This document shows positions 48,201 through 57,812 of a stretch of 63,741 bases of DNA, in pieces. Source of the stretch: an uncultured virus (IMG/VR IMGVR_UViG_3300025669_002088) (lineage: Duplodnaviria > Heunggongvirae > Uroviricota > Caudoviricetes); IMG/VR virus record IMGVR_UViG_3300025669_002088, positions 62,001 through 125,741 of that record; one strand, 5' to 3'. A model generated the notes under the pieces. It was not told the DNA's origin. It was given only the letters and a program-made list of their open reading frames with translations, and did not search any database. The stretch's first letter is position 1. Each line of letters starts with the position of its first letter. The translations under genes and the position numbers were made by a program.

Positions 48201-49384
48201 ATCCGACTACTCGGACGATCAGCCATGAAACGGAAACTAGCAGTCCTAGACTTTACAGTCCCAGCATACTCCTTGTAACCAAGTGCCTTTAGACACCGAA
48301 CAAAGTCATCCAGTATCTCAGGGTTCCCATTAGTAAAGGAAATGTCATCCTTGATGTGCCCATCCCCTAACAAATAACCAATGAGTGCGATCTCTTCATC
48401 CGAGAAGGGTGACAGCAGAGTGCACCCCGGCATCCCCCCCGGCATTGCAACCCAAGAACCCGGTTGGAGATCCTCAGCGTTAATCCAACCCTCAGGTGTC
48501 AGGAACGGGTGATTCCCGGAAACCCTGATTTGCCTACCCGATTTGGATGTGATCCGAAAAATGGGTCGCACACCACTTTGAACAACGGTACTTGCTTGTC
48601 CTCGTGTTATTTCCCAGCTTTTCTCATCCAGAGTATGCACAAGGGGGGCGTGTCCCAAGGTATACAGATCAAAAACGGTATGAAGTTTTCCTGTGGCAAG
48701 ATCAAAAATACGGGTGTCTCCCGCTACACACTTGAGCCCGCCTGTAAAAGCGGCGTGAACCCACAACTCGTGCCGCTTGGCTCCATTCAGTGCCGTATCC
48801 ATCTGGAAGATGCCTGTATGCTGGCCAACTCCCGCACGAGGATTCTCAGCGATCTTTTTGTACTCGGCCTGGAAATCTGTACCGTCCCTGGTGACCTCCC
48901 CGCTGAGTTTCCCACCCAACGTGGGGGCCACGATGTCGTGGCTCTTGTCCAGGATGTACTTGATGGCAGCGGCGGGGCCTTTGAGCTTGAGGACTTCTTT
49001 ACCAGAACGAAACTCCCGTCCTACACGGACAATATCCGCAGCATCCTGGAGCACTTCTCCGACCAAACGGATCCGACGTTCCTCGGCCAGATCCGTCACC
49101 CTGGTGATGAAATCCCCTCGGGTGATCACCTGGAGACTGCTCAGGTGAGCCAGCCTCTTGACGATCTCGTCCTCCCGAAGCTGTTCAAAGTGATGGCGGA
49201 CTGAAAGGTTGTCCGGTACGTGGTTGTGCATCCTGACAAAGTCTTGGACGTGCCGCCACAGCACCTGATCTTCGTTGGTATTGAATTCCAACCCTGAGGA
49301 GCGGAGTACGAAGTAGTTATCGTACAATTCTTTTCTAGGGTCGCCAGAACCGACCATAAAACAGGAACGGAGAAGAACCTTCAT
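45227..49384 (-). CDS. dnaB: DnaB-like replicative helicase with two inteins
   Basis: AFTGGLK|ST, FSLEM, VFVDH, ALFQINR, ERSADV, KSRD. Confidence 0.88.
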   Translation of the reverse strand: MKVLLRSCFMVGSGDPRKELYDNYFVLRSSGLEFNTNEDQVLWRHVQDFVRMHNHVPDNLSVRHHFEQLREDEIVKRLAHLSSLQVITRGDFITRVTDLAEERRIRLVGEVLQDAADIVRVGREFRSGKEVLKLKGPAAAIKYILDKSHDIVAPTLGGKLSGEVTRDGTDFQAEYKKIAENPRAGVGQHTGIFQMDTALNGAKRHELWVHAAFTGGLKCVAGDTRIFDLATGKLHTVFDLYTLGHAPLVHTLDEKSWEITRGQASTVVQSGVRPIFRITSKSGRQIRVSGNHPFLTPEGWINAEDLQPGSWVAMPGGMPGCTLLSPFSDEEIALIGYLLGDGHIKDDISFTNGNPEILDDFVRCLKALGYKEYAGTVKSRTASFRFMADRPSSRMIRVSKSTGNSPRHPWTSPLRLTLERLGLWGCTSGDKHIPLEMWQMTDKQVWVLLAALWAADGTVRTETSGRGRRPRPKAHYTTKSRRLAWDIQALLQRVGVSSTIAPINVLYQGEYRRYWTLLVTTNEGKRQFLSHVRIAGKGAFVKEALAAVSSNEGTDWVPPALLSEIDDSVRAKTRQGGWHYARHAKRKGAIQRDTAVRLALASANPIALKKVQSTIHWDRLVEIVPDGGEMTYDLSVPGTANFVANGFIVHNSTLMLNWAYNQAIWYKWNSLIFSLEMPYQQCRRLLYSMHSFHRKFDAIRHKMGLQKDPTSAVGLPYVNIRDGTLAEWHPEAEKFLEDFVIPDMNGIPVIKTKDPETGQPWFCDYGRIHIEVADPEKSDFTVIDMRQKAELLFSQDPFSLVFVDHAGLMAPRKWVSSTTDRLNEVIRDLKRMAMSFNKGQGLPVVALFQINREGYRSAMKSKDKGGVARYDLTHLSYSNECCKSLTLLRFARGAFPIREAVVGDRVWSNTGWKDVLGVYPQGDRPIWCVQTDRGSKLECTADHRVRVFREEQLEWEQVENLKPGDWLLGSRGGSFPEVTPVLPESWGNTVSLSDDLAYLLGAWHGDGSVRPHGVAFTENRKEVTIERLLINSLERVHGAKKVACYHYASRPGSFDMELYDASFKRWFEDLAEKRCVAVPRIVREASQQSVIFFLKGLFDTDGWINNRGIIGVSSKTDSLLRQVQLLFQAMGIDSHLSSRQQKLEVTNKSYTVWTLRIRGWESCCSFVRLVGFSEPWKQERAMKRLNTVPKRKRSDQVYPFPKMFRALVKRHLPYRLVKDGTVRRSLYNQVHRVKQRGVVPEDTVRYVLDVLHRRGVQDEDATFLQQMLDNWHVLQVVACDPTGEIAPVYDLEVGGDHEYQTGPLLSHNCERSADVVTASWIDEELSKANRVQFQCLKSRDQKPFEMFNARVEWPCRRLLTSSDPVMSAQQQESVGNQLDKIKKLD
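45461..46744 (-). mobile_element. Intein 2 in DnaB (428 aa)
   Basis: SNE|CCKS...LLSHN|C; LLGAWHGDG and FLKGLFDTDG. Confidence 0.9.
47432..48730 (-). mobile_element. Intein 1 in the DnaB Walker A motif (433 aa)
   Basis: GLK|CVAGDT...FIVHN|S; LIGYLLGDG. Confidence 0.92.
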
Positions 49385-50301
49385 CGCTTTTTACCCCACT
49401 TGTTCTTCTTCTCCGGGGCATCCCCCTCCGTACCATCCAGCATACTGAACGTCCCATTTGCTAAGGGGCTGGGACCAACCACCTTAACAGGTGACCCCCC
49501 CGCAACTTCCTCCTCAAAGGCTGCTGCCGTCTCGTCTGCCACCTCCTGCATGGGTGGGCGTTTCGTCCGGGATGGGGACCTCGTCGTTGGTACTACCCCA
49601 GAGGGGACGCCGGGAACCACAGGGAAGGCCGCATCCGTCTTCTCAGGCAATGTCAGATTGTCCCACTCGCTCAGGAATTCCCCCACTGAATGACTGTACG
49701 AAATGTGCCCTTCCTGCAGGGGATACGAGGGCGAGTCAACCACCCAGGTCACCTTGTTGAGGTGCTCCCGGTGCCGCAGGGCCTCCAACAACACCTCGGG
49801 CATCGCCTCGTTCCGAGCAGCCTTGACCCCGCACACAAGGACCAGAAGGACCGGGGGTTCCACAAGATCTACCAAGGCATCATATCGTTGGATATCAGCC
49901 CGCTGTCGCATCTGATCCACGTCAGCGTCCTTGACATCCAGCTTGTAGGACAACCAGGCATCCATCAGATCCGCATCGGACACCACGAGAAAACCCCAGG
50001 TCGGGGGCATTCGAGCAGCGACATGTTTCATGTGACTGCGGAAAGTAGGGCGAGATCCTGTGATCTTGAGGTTGCTTTCGGTAAGGTCGTCACCTCGAAG
50101 AGGGGACTGGTCTACGGGGTCAGCGGACAGGAGGCCCTTCCACCCCCTGTTAATGTTCCGAGCTACATCCCGCACCATCACGCAGGGGCACGGTTGTGTC
50201 CTGTCTATGGGATGATCCAATCCCATAGACAGAGGGATTACTCCACGCCCTTTGCAAATTGGGCAATCAGGAGTTCCATCCCCCTGTGGGTAATCCGTCA
50301 T
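49381..50301 (-). CDS. DnaC/IstB-like helicase loader homolog with degenerate ATPase motifs
   Basis: CPIC..PCPC N-terminus, position before dnaB, LKITGSRPTF in the place of Walker A. Confidence 0.55.
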   Translation of the reverse strand: MTDYPQGDGTPDCPICKGRGVIPLSMGLDHPIDRTQPCPCVMVRDVARNINRGWKGLLSADPVDQSPLRGDDLTESNLKITGSRPTFRSHMKHVAARMPPTWGFLVVSDADLMDAWLSYKLDVKDADVDQMRQRADIQRYDALVDLVEPPVLLVLVCGVKAARNEAMPEVLLEALRHREHLNKVTWVVDSPSYPLQEGHISYSHSVGEFLSEWDNLTLPEKTDAAFPVVPGVPSGVVPTTRSPSRTKRPPMQEVADETAAAFEEEVAGGSPVKVVGPSPLANGTFSMLDGTEGDAPEKKNKWGKKR

Positions 50302-53300
50302 GCAGGTCCTCCGCCACCCTGAAGAGTAGACTTCAACTCTGTGAAAAGGTCCGAGATGTCGTTGTCCGCCGAGATCACGAACTCGTCATCATCTACTCCC
50401 TTCAGCCGCTTCCCGAGCACCGCTTCGATGAGAACCATTTTCCGGTGGAGTGTTTTCATCACGGCGTGGTCAATAGTATCGGTTTCCCCGAAGCCTTTTG
50501 CACGGGCCAGCATGTGGATCACATAACAACGGTCGTGGGTCGATCCGATACGGATCATCCGTCCGATAAGCTGGAGGAAATCGCCCGCTGACCAGGGCGT
50601 ATCCATACAAATAAGGGCCTTGGCTGCCTGAAGGTTGATCGATTCCGCCCCCGCAGCCGTCAAACACACCACACGCACATCCGAGTCGGGGTTCTGGAAC
50701 TCCTGCATAGCGTCATCACGCTGGGCGGTGTTCTCGTCCCCTGTGATCCGCACCGTGTTGATTTTGTGCTTCCTGAGACGGGCAACGATGATGTCCACGA
50801 ACTTTTTGAAGCGGCTGTAAACGATCACCTTCTCGTCTGCAAGGTCCCCCTCGATCAGGAGGTCCACAAGGGCATCCAGCTTCGGGGACTCGCCCGTGAT
50901 GCCGATGAGGCCCAGGTCGTTCACGATCTCCTGGTGGTAGATCAGGGCCGTGAGCTTGGACGTCTCTTTCTCGGTGACCTTGGTGCCCTCCCCAATCAGA
51001 AGAAGATCTCCCTTTGCCTCTATATATTTGTCCTCTTGGGCCGTTGTTAGATCGACCTCAATGTTACGCATCACCACAACCGGGAGATCCTTGGCCACGG
51101 CATGTTTCGGACGCCCCAGGAACACGGGATCAATGAGATCCCGGAACTCCTTGATCTTGTCCTTGTGGTACCCCACGATAACGGGGATTTGTCGGTTGGA
51201 CCGGGGGATCTGTTGCATCCGGGTAATGCAGAAATAGAGCATGAACTGATTTTTGCTCATCATCCTGCCCCCGGACTGAAACAAACCGGGAGCCACAATC
51301 TGATAGATGCCATAGCCCTCCATCAGATTGTTTTTGATCAGGGTTGCTGTAAGAGCCCAGATCCTGGCTGACTTTGTGGACAGATGACGGCACATCCGAT
51401 GAACCTGGGTGGCCGGGTTTTTAAACACCGTACAATTCGAAACTAACACACCCCCACCAGCAAAGTATCGGTGGTGGTCCTCTACCTCAATATCATAAAC
51501 GTATTTAATGTGTGGGTTTTTAGGAGACCAACTTTCTTTGGCTGTAATCCAGTCAGTCACGACACTCTTAGTTGGAGTTAATTCCGTTTCTGCCCACTGT
51601 AAAGGACTTTTTCCTGGGAACTTGTACTCCACATCAGGTAAGGAACCGGGTAGTAGATCCAAGAATTTCTGTGCCTCGTCTTTTGGCAGATACAGATAGG
51701 GGTAACTTTTACGAATCCCCGACTTACGGTCAGAGCGTTCCTTTGTTGTTTTAATCTCAGCCTTCACACCCCATCGCCAATATAACCACCCAGCCAGAAG
51801 TTCCTGTTCGTCCCTAGAAAAACCTTGTGTGTGTAAGGTGATCGTGTGGGTCGTCTGTCCGTCCTTACACAGATAGGTCTGAATACTTCCGTCATCAGCA
51901 TACCAAACAGCTAAACCCAAAGGACCAACATGAGTCAACCAATCCTTGGTAACTCGTTTCTTTCCCTCTCTCCAAACCCGACCTTGTACCAGGAGAGATG
52001 TGACTGCTGCATTCCCATTGACACGAAAGCGCTCAACAGGAGTTTTTACTCCTGTTTTGGGCTGATACCCAGCGGTGGTGTCATCAATCTTAGAAACCCC
52101 TAATGAGGAAAGCACATCTCTTTTAAATCGCAGATACCTTCCTCTAGACGCTGACTGAACGAAAACCACACCCCACAATTTTCTTTTCGGGAATGAAATA
52201 CTAGCGTCACCTAACAGGCCACCTAAAATCACCTGCTTCTGGAACTCCGTGGGTGTCTTACAACAGAGATGTCTAACGGAATGACCCACCCTTAAGTGCT
52301 GTACTGATCTCGTGTGCCCCCCAGGAATATACACTTCATGGTTTGGGGTTACCCGAACACTTTTGGAAAACCGAAATTGTAATTTGACGAGAGCTTTCCG
52401 TTTTCCCTTGCAGATGGGAACTTGATGCCAAGCTACAACTCGTTTCGGTTCTACCTCCCCTGTGTCGGGGTTCTCAGAAAGAACAGTCACTGGCATCCTT
52501 TTGGTGACGACTCTACCTATCAGTTCAGTGGTCCCATCCGCCAACTGTATTGGGGTGAAATAGTCAAAACACTCGTCCGCAATTAGGATGTATTTCTCCC
52601 AATCCTGGATGTGCCGAAAATCCTGTAAGGCACTCCGGTAACCCATCACGATCACGGTGGGACCATCGGACTCCTCGAACGTCTTCCGAGCCTTTTCCCG
52701 TTGCGCCGGGGTGCCCTGACACAAGACAACCTTGATTCCCGTGGTGAACTTTGAGAACTCCCGGACCCACTGTGGGGCGGAACTCTTCGTAGTTAACACC
52801 ATTGACTTGAGATTAGGGTCTGACCCCCAAAGGTAACAAAGAGCACCTATTGCCTCTATTGTGTTGTGATTAATAAAGCCATCTGCCACAAAGGCGTGAC
52901 TCGGATCATCTACAGCAATGTCCGCCACCATCTGAACGTCTTCCTCAATGGTTTCCACCGGGTCGTAAAACAGATGCCGGTCACAAACTGCCTTTGTTTG
53001 ATGATGCGCTTTGGTGGTCTTGGCACCCACCTGGCGGGACACCTCCAACAGTCGGCCCATGAATTCGTAAGTAGGACTCCGTCCCCCATTGCGTATGTTG
53101 TTCAGGGTTTTTTCGAAAGACACTCCAAACTGTCTGATCCCACTGCCCCGTCGAGAGGCATTGCTTCCTGACACAGTCACACGAGCTAGGATCTCTTGCT
53201 TGAGTTCCTCTATCAGCTTCCGAGCATGGGGAACAACATCAAGATTGACGTTGGGGGAAACATCCGACTGCCCTTTCAACGCTGCTTGTTTTCGAGGGGT

Positions 53301-54479
53301 CAGGAATCCAATGGCGGTCCCAAACAATTGGGCATCCTTCCCACAGAGAGTCAATCGCCAATAGGTGTGCTCGTAACCTTTGACTCGTTTTGGACACCGG
53401 GAGGCTAGAATTCCGAAACGGAGAAGGAGGAGTTGGACATCTTGAAGTAACTTTTGAGAAGCACTACTAACTTCAATGACCCCCTCCTTTGAAACAAAAC
53501 CCTCACTGTCAAAATAGGCTCTGAGGAAGGCACACACGGAACTTTGGGTTCCCTGAAAGATCGGCCAGGGCACCTGTTTTACTGCCGACCGACCCTGTAC
53601 AACCCCTACCCCCTCCAGGTATGCCCGCAAATAAACACTACTAATTTGAATCTCCCTATCCTTGTTCTTGGCCCCCCCATTGCCGTCCCAACCCAGAACA
53701 TCCCGGCAAAGCTGTCGGATGTGCTCATGAGTTTCTGGATTTAACATCCTATTCTGCGATACATTGAAACCCATTCTAGAGTTAGTCCACCCCTCAGCTA
53801 CTATGTAGGCTAACAAACAGGCCAGTTCAGGTGAGAGCCTATCAGGTACAGTATAGACTGTCGTGTTTGAAGTAAACTGATCTGCTGTCGGTACTGGCAC
53901 TGACGGTTCAGATGAAGGGAACTCAGAAGAGGACCTGTCTAAACAGCACTGGTCCCCTACCTGAAGGTGCCTCATCTCAACGAAACCCTCCGTCCCATCA
54001 GGATGCCGGACCCACACCGGATGTACTAGCGAACCTGTTGTTTCATATCCTCGACGGGTTTTAATCCGTTTGATTGGTTTGATCCCCCCGCAATAGAACT
54101 TTGACACGGGTGCCCATGCACGTCCAGTCCAAACTCTTGTGGGTTGGTCCAACGGGTAAAAGCTGTCCGGCAGAAGGTCCCCCTTAGGAGCAAGAGCACC
54201 CAACTCTAACAACCCCCTGTTCGTGAGCACCCTGGAGTCTAGCGTTTTACACTTGCCCAAGCCCGTGTCGTCACCAAGCAGGAATTGCCTCATAGCAACA
54301 AGATGTGCGATTCCTTGTATTTGATAATACCGGACAACTAAGGGCCGTTCCTGCCCATTGAAGTCCGTGAAAGTAGGCTTCAGATGTTTCAGAGGTTTGA
54401 GCTTCAGATCCGTCCGGGTGCGAATCTTCTGGAGCAACTGGTACGGGGATTTTTTTGCCACAGACGTCGCCATCGGCAC
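50298..54479 (-). CDS. SNF2-family helicase with two inteins
   Basis: DDTGLGK|T, IADE|C, LTAT, ESINLQ, QLIGRMIRIG. Confidence 0.9.
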   Translation of the reverse strand: MPMATSVAKKSPYQLLQKIRTRTDLKLKPLKHLKPTFTDFNGQERPLVVRYYQIQGIAHLVAMRQFLLGDDTGLGKCKTLDSRVLTNRGLLELGALAPKGDLLPDSFYPLDQPTRVWTGRAWAPVSKFYCGGIKPIKRIKTRRGYETTGSLVHPVWVRHPDGTEGFVEMRHLQVGDQCCLDRSSSEFPSSEPSVPVPTADQFTSNTTVYTVPDRLSPELACLLAYIVAEGWTNSRMGFNVSQNRMLNPETHEHIRQLCRDVLGWDGNGGAKNKDREIQISSVYLRAYLEGVGVVQGRSAVKQVPWPIFQGTQSSVCAFLRAYFDSEGFVSKEGVIEVSSASQKLLQDVQLLLLRFGILASRCPKRVKGYEHTYWRLTLCGKDAQLFGTAIGFLTPRKQAALKGQSDVSPNVNLDVVPHARKLIEELKQEILARVTVSGSNASRRGSGIRQFGVSFEKTLNNIRNGGRSPTYEFMGRLLEVSRQVGAKTTKAHHQTKAVCDRHLFYDPVETIEEDVQMVADIAVDDPSHAFVADGFINHNTIEAIGALCYLWGSDPNLKSMVLTTKSSAPQWVREFSKFTTGIKVVLCQGTPAQREKARKTFEESDGPTVIVMGYRSALQDFRHIQDWEKYILIADECFDYFTPIQLADGTTELIGRVVTKRMPVTVLSENPDTGEVEPKRVVAWHQVPICKGKRKALVKLQFRFSKSVRVTPNHEVYIPGGHTRSVQHLRVGHSVRHLCCKTPTEFQKQVILGGLLGDASISFPKRKLWGVVFVQSASRGRYLRFKRDVLSSLGVSKIDDTTAGYQPKTGVKTPVERFRVNGNAAVTSLLVQGRVWREGKKRVTKDWLTHVGPLGLAVWYADDGSIQTYLCKDGQTTHTITLHTQGFSRDEQELLAGWLYWRWGVKAEIKTTKERSDRKSGIRKSYPYLYLPKDEAQKFLDLLPGSLPDVEYKFPGKSPLQWAETELTPTKSVVTDWITAKESWSPKNPHIKYVYDIEVEDHHRYFAGGGVLVSNCTVFKNPATQVHRMCRHLSTKSARIWALTATLIKNNLMEGYGIYQIVAPGLFQSGGRMMSKNQFMLYFCITRMQQIPRSNRQIPVIVGYHKDKIKEFRDLIDPVFLGRPKHAVAKDLPVVVMRNIEVDLTTAQEDKYIEAKGDLLLIGEGTKVTEKETSKLTALIYHQEIVNDLGLIGITGESPKLDALVDLLIEGDLADEKVIVYSRFKKFVDIIVARLRKHKINTVRITGDENTAQRDDAMQEFQNPDSDVRVVCLTAAGAESINLQAAKALICMDTPWSAGDFLQLIGRMIRIGSTHDRCYVIHMLARAKGFGETDTIDHAVMKTLHRKMVLIEAVLGKRLKGVDDDEFVISADNDISDLFTELKSTLQGGGGPA
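51435..52571 (-). mobile_element. Intein 2 in the SNF2 Walker B motif (379 aa; ends SN)
   Basis: ADE|CFDY...VLVSN|C; GGLLGDA and WYADDG. Confidence 0.9.
52863..54251 (-). mobile_element. Intein 1 in the SNF2 Walker A motif (463 aa)
   Basis: LGK|CKTL...FINHN|T; YIVAEG and YFDSEG. Confidence 0.92.
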
Positions 54480-54517
54480 CTCCCTCCTGTACTACTCAAC
54501 CGGGAACGAAAAAGGAG

Positions 54518-55156
54518 CTAGAGGAGGGTAGAAAACACCTGTAAAAGGAAATGACCATCGGGGAAAGCGTTTGGGTACTTACGGATCGCCATTTCAAAGA
54601 CCGCACTGACCATCCGTTCATCCAATCCCGGTGTTGCCCTGAGAACTGCCGCCGTGTGATTCTGTACCAACTTGAGGTACTCCTTCTTCAGGGATGTCCG
54701 GAAAACCGTGCTCCCCCAGGTAGCCAACTGAAGGAGCAACTTGTCCAGGTTCTGTTCCGCAGGCGAGGGGGGCGTTTTTAGACCATCAGTGTAGGTCGGT
54801 GTGTTCCCTGATCGGGAAAGGATGCTGCGGAGCACCTCCAGCGCTTCCCTTTTGTCACGGGACATTGATGGCCATTCCCGTGACCGTTCCATTAGGATAA
54901 AAAACACGTACTGCAAATAGGGAATGAGTCCTACTTTGCCTGCCTCTAGTGTCACCTGACGAATGATCTCTTTGCTTCGGTGTAGCAATGCCTTGTTGAT
55001 GTCCTTGGCCAGGCCCGACATGGTATCCAGGTACTTGGGCCTTGGCTTGTCTGCCGGGTGCCCATACAAAAGCTCATACACTCTATCCCAGTTTACCGAT
55101 GCGTTTCGCTCAGTCATTACGTTCTCCGATCTCAACGATAAGTTGGCCTGCACCAT
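54518..55156 (-). CDS. Hypothetical protein (start probably 55117)
   Basis: GGAG RBS before MTERNAS. Confidence 0.6.
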   Translation of the reverse strand: MVQANLSLRSENVMTERNASVNWDRVYELLYGHPADKPRPKYLDTMSGLAKDINKALLHRSKEIIRQVTLEAGKVGLIPYLQYVFFILMERSREWPSMSRDKREALEVLRSILSRSGNTPTYTDGLKTPPSPAEQNLDKLLLQLATWGSTVFRTSLKKEYLKLVQNHTAAVLRATPGLDERMVSAVFEMAIRKYPNAFPDGHFLLQVFSTLL

Positions 55157-55871
55157 CCACAGCCAGGGAGGCCCCCTGCGTTGTTTGTGTGGCCTTGACG
55201 CTCCCGGTGGTGTGGATGACCAGCTTACGACCTGGAAGGGCCAGGTGGCCTATCTGACGGGCTTGACGGGGTGCCTGGGGTGGCTCCATTCGACTGAGAT
55301 GTTCAAGCATCTGTTGGGAGGACATTGACTTCAACCCCGCAGCGGTGACCGCCCGGAGCGTCATCGGTCCCACTACCCCGTCTACAGGTCCGCACGAGAA
55401 GCCTACTCGGTGAAGCTGGGCCTGAAGGAACCTGTTGTCAGCCTTGTCCCCTTTCCACGTCCCAATGTCGCACTGTGCGGCTGCACAAAGAGAGGGCCAT
55501 GCCAGGTGTCCACGTCCCGCTTCCAGGAGGTTATCAAAGAGAACCTGCCAGGGTCCAAAGTAGTGGAACACAGCGGCACCTTCCCCTTGTTGGGGGTACC
55601 GAAGCCAGGGGGTAAAACCCATAGGTACGGCATGACCCCAGAGGGCCTCCAGGCAGGTCTGATCGTCCGCCTCAGGATGCTCAACCCTGAGTTGCACCTC
55701 CCGCCCCGCAGGAGCAAGGGATGCCGCCTCCCAGGGGATGTCGGCGGACGGACGGATGAGAACAGGTTTCCATTTGTTCTCATCCAGTTGTACGAGAAGC
55801 CTTTCCAACGCTTCCACAGTATCCTGGGTTTTCAGGTGACCCCGGAAATTGACCAGTTTCTTTCGGTACAT
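55110..55871 (-). CDS. Peptidoglycan-binding-domain protein
   Basis: LQAQLHRVGFSCGPVDGVVGPMTLRAV. Confidence 0.65.
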   Translation of the reverse strand: MYRKKLVNFRGHLKTQDTVEALERLLVQLDENKWKPVLIRPSADIPWEAASLAPAGREVQLRVEHPEADDQTCLEALWGHAVPMGFTPWLRYPQQGEGAAVFHYFGPWQVLFDNLLEAGRGHLAWPSLCAAAQCDIGTWKGDKADNRFLQAQLHRVGFSCGPVDGVVGPMTLRAVTAAGLKSMSSQQMLEHLSRMEPPQAPRQARQIGHLALPGRKLVIHTTGSVKATQTTQGASLAVDGAGQLIVEIGERND

Positions 55872-55948
55872 TAGTGCCCACCTACGTTCACACGGCCTTG
55901 GTTATCGTTTCGGCCACAGTCCTAGAGTATCCCCCACGAAACACTTGG

Positions 55949-57160
55949 TCAAACGTGTCCAAGTGCGCTTATGTACACCAAACCTTTCGGTCGCCAGAGC
56001 AACCGGGTTTTGCTGTAAGCCACAGGGAAAGCGGAATCCCATCCTGTACGTAGCGTCAGGCAATGCTCCTTCAGGCTTTGCACGGACCCTATAACAACTC
56101 TACGAGTTCGGTGCTTGGCACGCACCAAATCCCAATGTCGAAATCCCTTACGCTCATTGCACTTCTTCGTCGGATGGTTCTCCCACACCTTGGTTCGACG
56201 AGGGATAACTATGTATGCCGTTTTCGTAATTGTCGGTCTGTAGCTCCGGCACACCATCGCCACAGCATCGAAATCGTGCGCCTTGGGTATGCCTATGGTA
56301 TTACGCCATAACTTAGTCATCCACCCACAACAGGTGCTCACGGCAAGGCCACATGAACGCAGTCCCTCACGCAGGTACTTCTTTCCTGCTTGTAAATGAG
56401 CAGGGTAGAGGAACCGCTTGGGTCTGACAATCAGTGCCCACAACCCATCGTGAAATTCCTTATGACAAGTTCTACACAAGGTAATACCATTGCTCGGGGA
56501 GTTTCCCCCACCCACACTCTTTGGTTTGATGTGATGCGCCTGGAGCCACTCGGTAAAACCACAACGTGTGCATTTGTAACGGTCCCGCCAGAGTACCTTA
56601 GCTCGAAAGTTCCGACCCTCGTACTCTGACTGTTGGAACTCTATGCCAACCAACTTCCTGCCCGCCGCCATGCTGCTGAGGTCGAATTGCCCCTCTTCAA
56701 CAACAGCCTTAGTGATGCAGAGAACTTTTCCTAAGTCCTTAACTACCCGAAGTATGCTATCCTTCTTCTGTCGAATAGTTGGGGGCAGGAAACCCTTCCT
56801 TCCTCGGTTCAAAAACTTGGCTGGGCGATGTCGGAGCTTCCGATTTCTTCTTGTTCGTCGATACGCTGCCCGTTGTGTCATTTTTCGCTTAACATCCTGA
56901 CGTAACCGAACAGTACCCCTGAAGACTACTTCCTTGGTGTGCTCGTTTACCATCGCTATGCCAACGTGTTTCGCTCCATCATCGATACCAACAGTGAAGG
57001 CTCCAACCGGATTCTCAACAACACGGACCAGTTGGATCGTAAAGGGCACCACTTGATGTACCTGGGCACGACCAGCTCGTAGTAGTTTTCTAGAGCGTGC
57101 TGGGTGAGTGGGGAGTAACTGCTTCCCGTCAGCGTCAATCACAAAGATTTTCTGTGTCAT
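55949..57160 (-). CDS. iscB: IscB, copy 2
   Basis: Same RuvC, bridge-helix and HNH motifs; very similar to copy 1. Confidence 0.93.
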   Translation of the reverse strand: MTQKIFVIDADGKQLLPTHPARSRKLLRAGRAQVHQVVPFTIQLVRVVENPVGAFTVGIDDGAKHVGIAMVNEHTKEVVFRGTVRLRQDVKRKMTQRAAYRRTRRNRKLRHRPAKFLNRGRKGFLPPTIRQKKDSILRVVKDLGKVLCITKAVVEEGQFDLSSMAAGRKLVGIEFQQSEYEGRNFRAKVLWRDRYKCTRCGFTEWLQAHHIKPKSVGGGNSPSNGITLCRTCHKEFHDGLWALIVRPKRFLYPAHLQAGKKYLREGLRSCGLAVSTCCGWMTKLWRNTIGIPKAHDFDAVAMVCRSYRPTITKTAYIVIPRRTKVWENHPTKKCNERKGFRHWDLVRAKHRTRRVVIGSVQSLKEHCLTLRTGWDSAFPVAYSKTRLLWRPKGLVYISALGHV

Positions 57161-57446
57161 TTAAGACACCTCCCGAAGGGAAATTGTTGTCCTCGGCAAA
57201 GTTTCCGGGCCTCTGGTTGTATCGAAGATGTTACCAACCATTTCAGGTCTTGTTTCGTCCTTCGATACTGCTAGAGCCTGAGACTGGACCAATCTCAGGG
57301 TAGCTGTCCTTAAAGACAACCCGGAGAACATAGGAGTCTCACCCTTAGTTCCACCATTTTTATTCTGGTGGTTCACCTTAACACTCCTCCTTAGCCTCAA
57401 CCTCGATCATTGCACCGGCTGTTTGGCCGGAAAGGTGACCGAGGCC
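57161..57446 (-). ncRNA. omegaRNA scaffold, copy 2
   Basis: Near-identical to 24634-24873, with a covarying stem. Confidence 0.85.
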
Positions 57447-57812
57447 GTTCACACGGATGACCTTTCGGTCTGCCGCAAGGATCTCCAAGACCAGGCTTTT
57501 CACGCTGATCGACCCATCCCAAAACACCACCGCAACGTCACAAGACTGAATCAGCAATTGCCTGCTGGAGACTCTACCCCAAATCCAATCTCGGATCCGC
57601 CCCCCGAAAGTGGGTTCTCCTCTAAGCTCCTCAGAGTCCCATACCTCCAGCCCAAGCCGTTTGCCACAACTCCGCACACAGGAGGATTCCGGCATTTTGG
57701 CGTCCGTGAGGAGTACCTTGGGGGGGTCTTTACGGACCACTCGTCGGAGTAGCCTTTCAATAAGGCGTTTGTCGATCACACACCCCTCATGGAACAGGAT
57801 AGCCATCTTCAT
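57378..57812 (-). CDS. Hypothetical (possibly SLOG/YspA-like) protein whose C-terminus was replaced by the IscB insertion
   Basis: CDVAVVFWDG motif; the native end reconstructs as KVIRVNVGGH*. Confidence 0.6.
   Translation of the reverse strand: MKMAILFHEGCVIDKRLIERLLRRVVRKDPPKVLLTDAKMPESSCVRSCGKRLGLEVWDSEELRGEPTFGGRIRDWIWGRVSSRQLLIQSCDVAVVFWDGSISVKSLVLEILAADRKVIRVNGLGHLSGQTAGAMIEVEAKEEC

Larger units (their letters stand above)
55894..57446 (-). mobile_element. 1553-bp IscB-omegaRNA element with 23-bp imperfect TIRs and an 8-bp TSD
   Basis: GTGTGAAC flanks both ends; the ends GGCCTCGGTCACCTTTCCGGCCA and GGCCTTGGTTATCGTTTCGGCCA match at 18/23. Confidence 0.8.
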
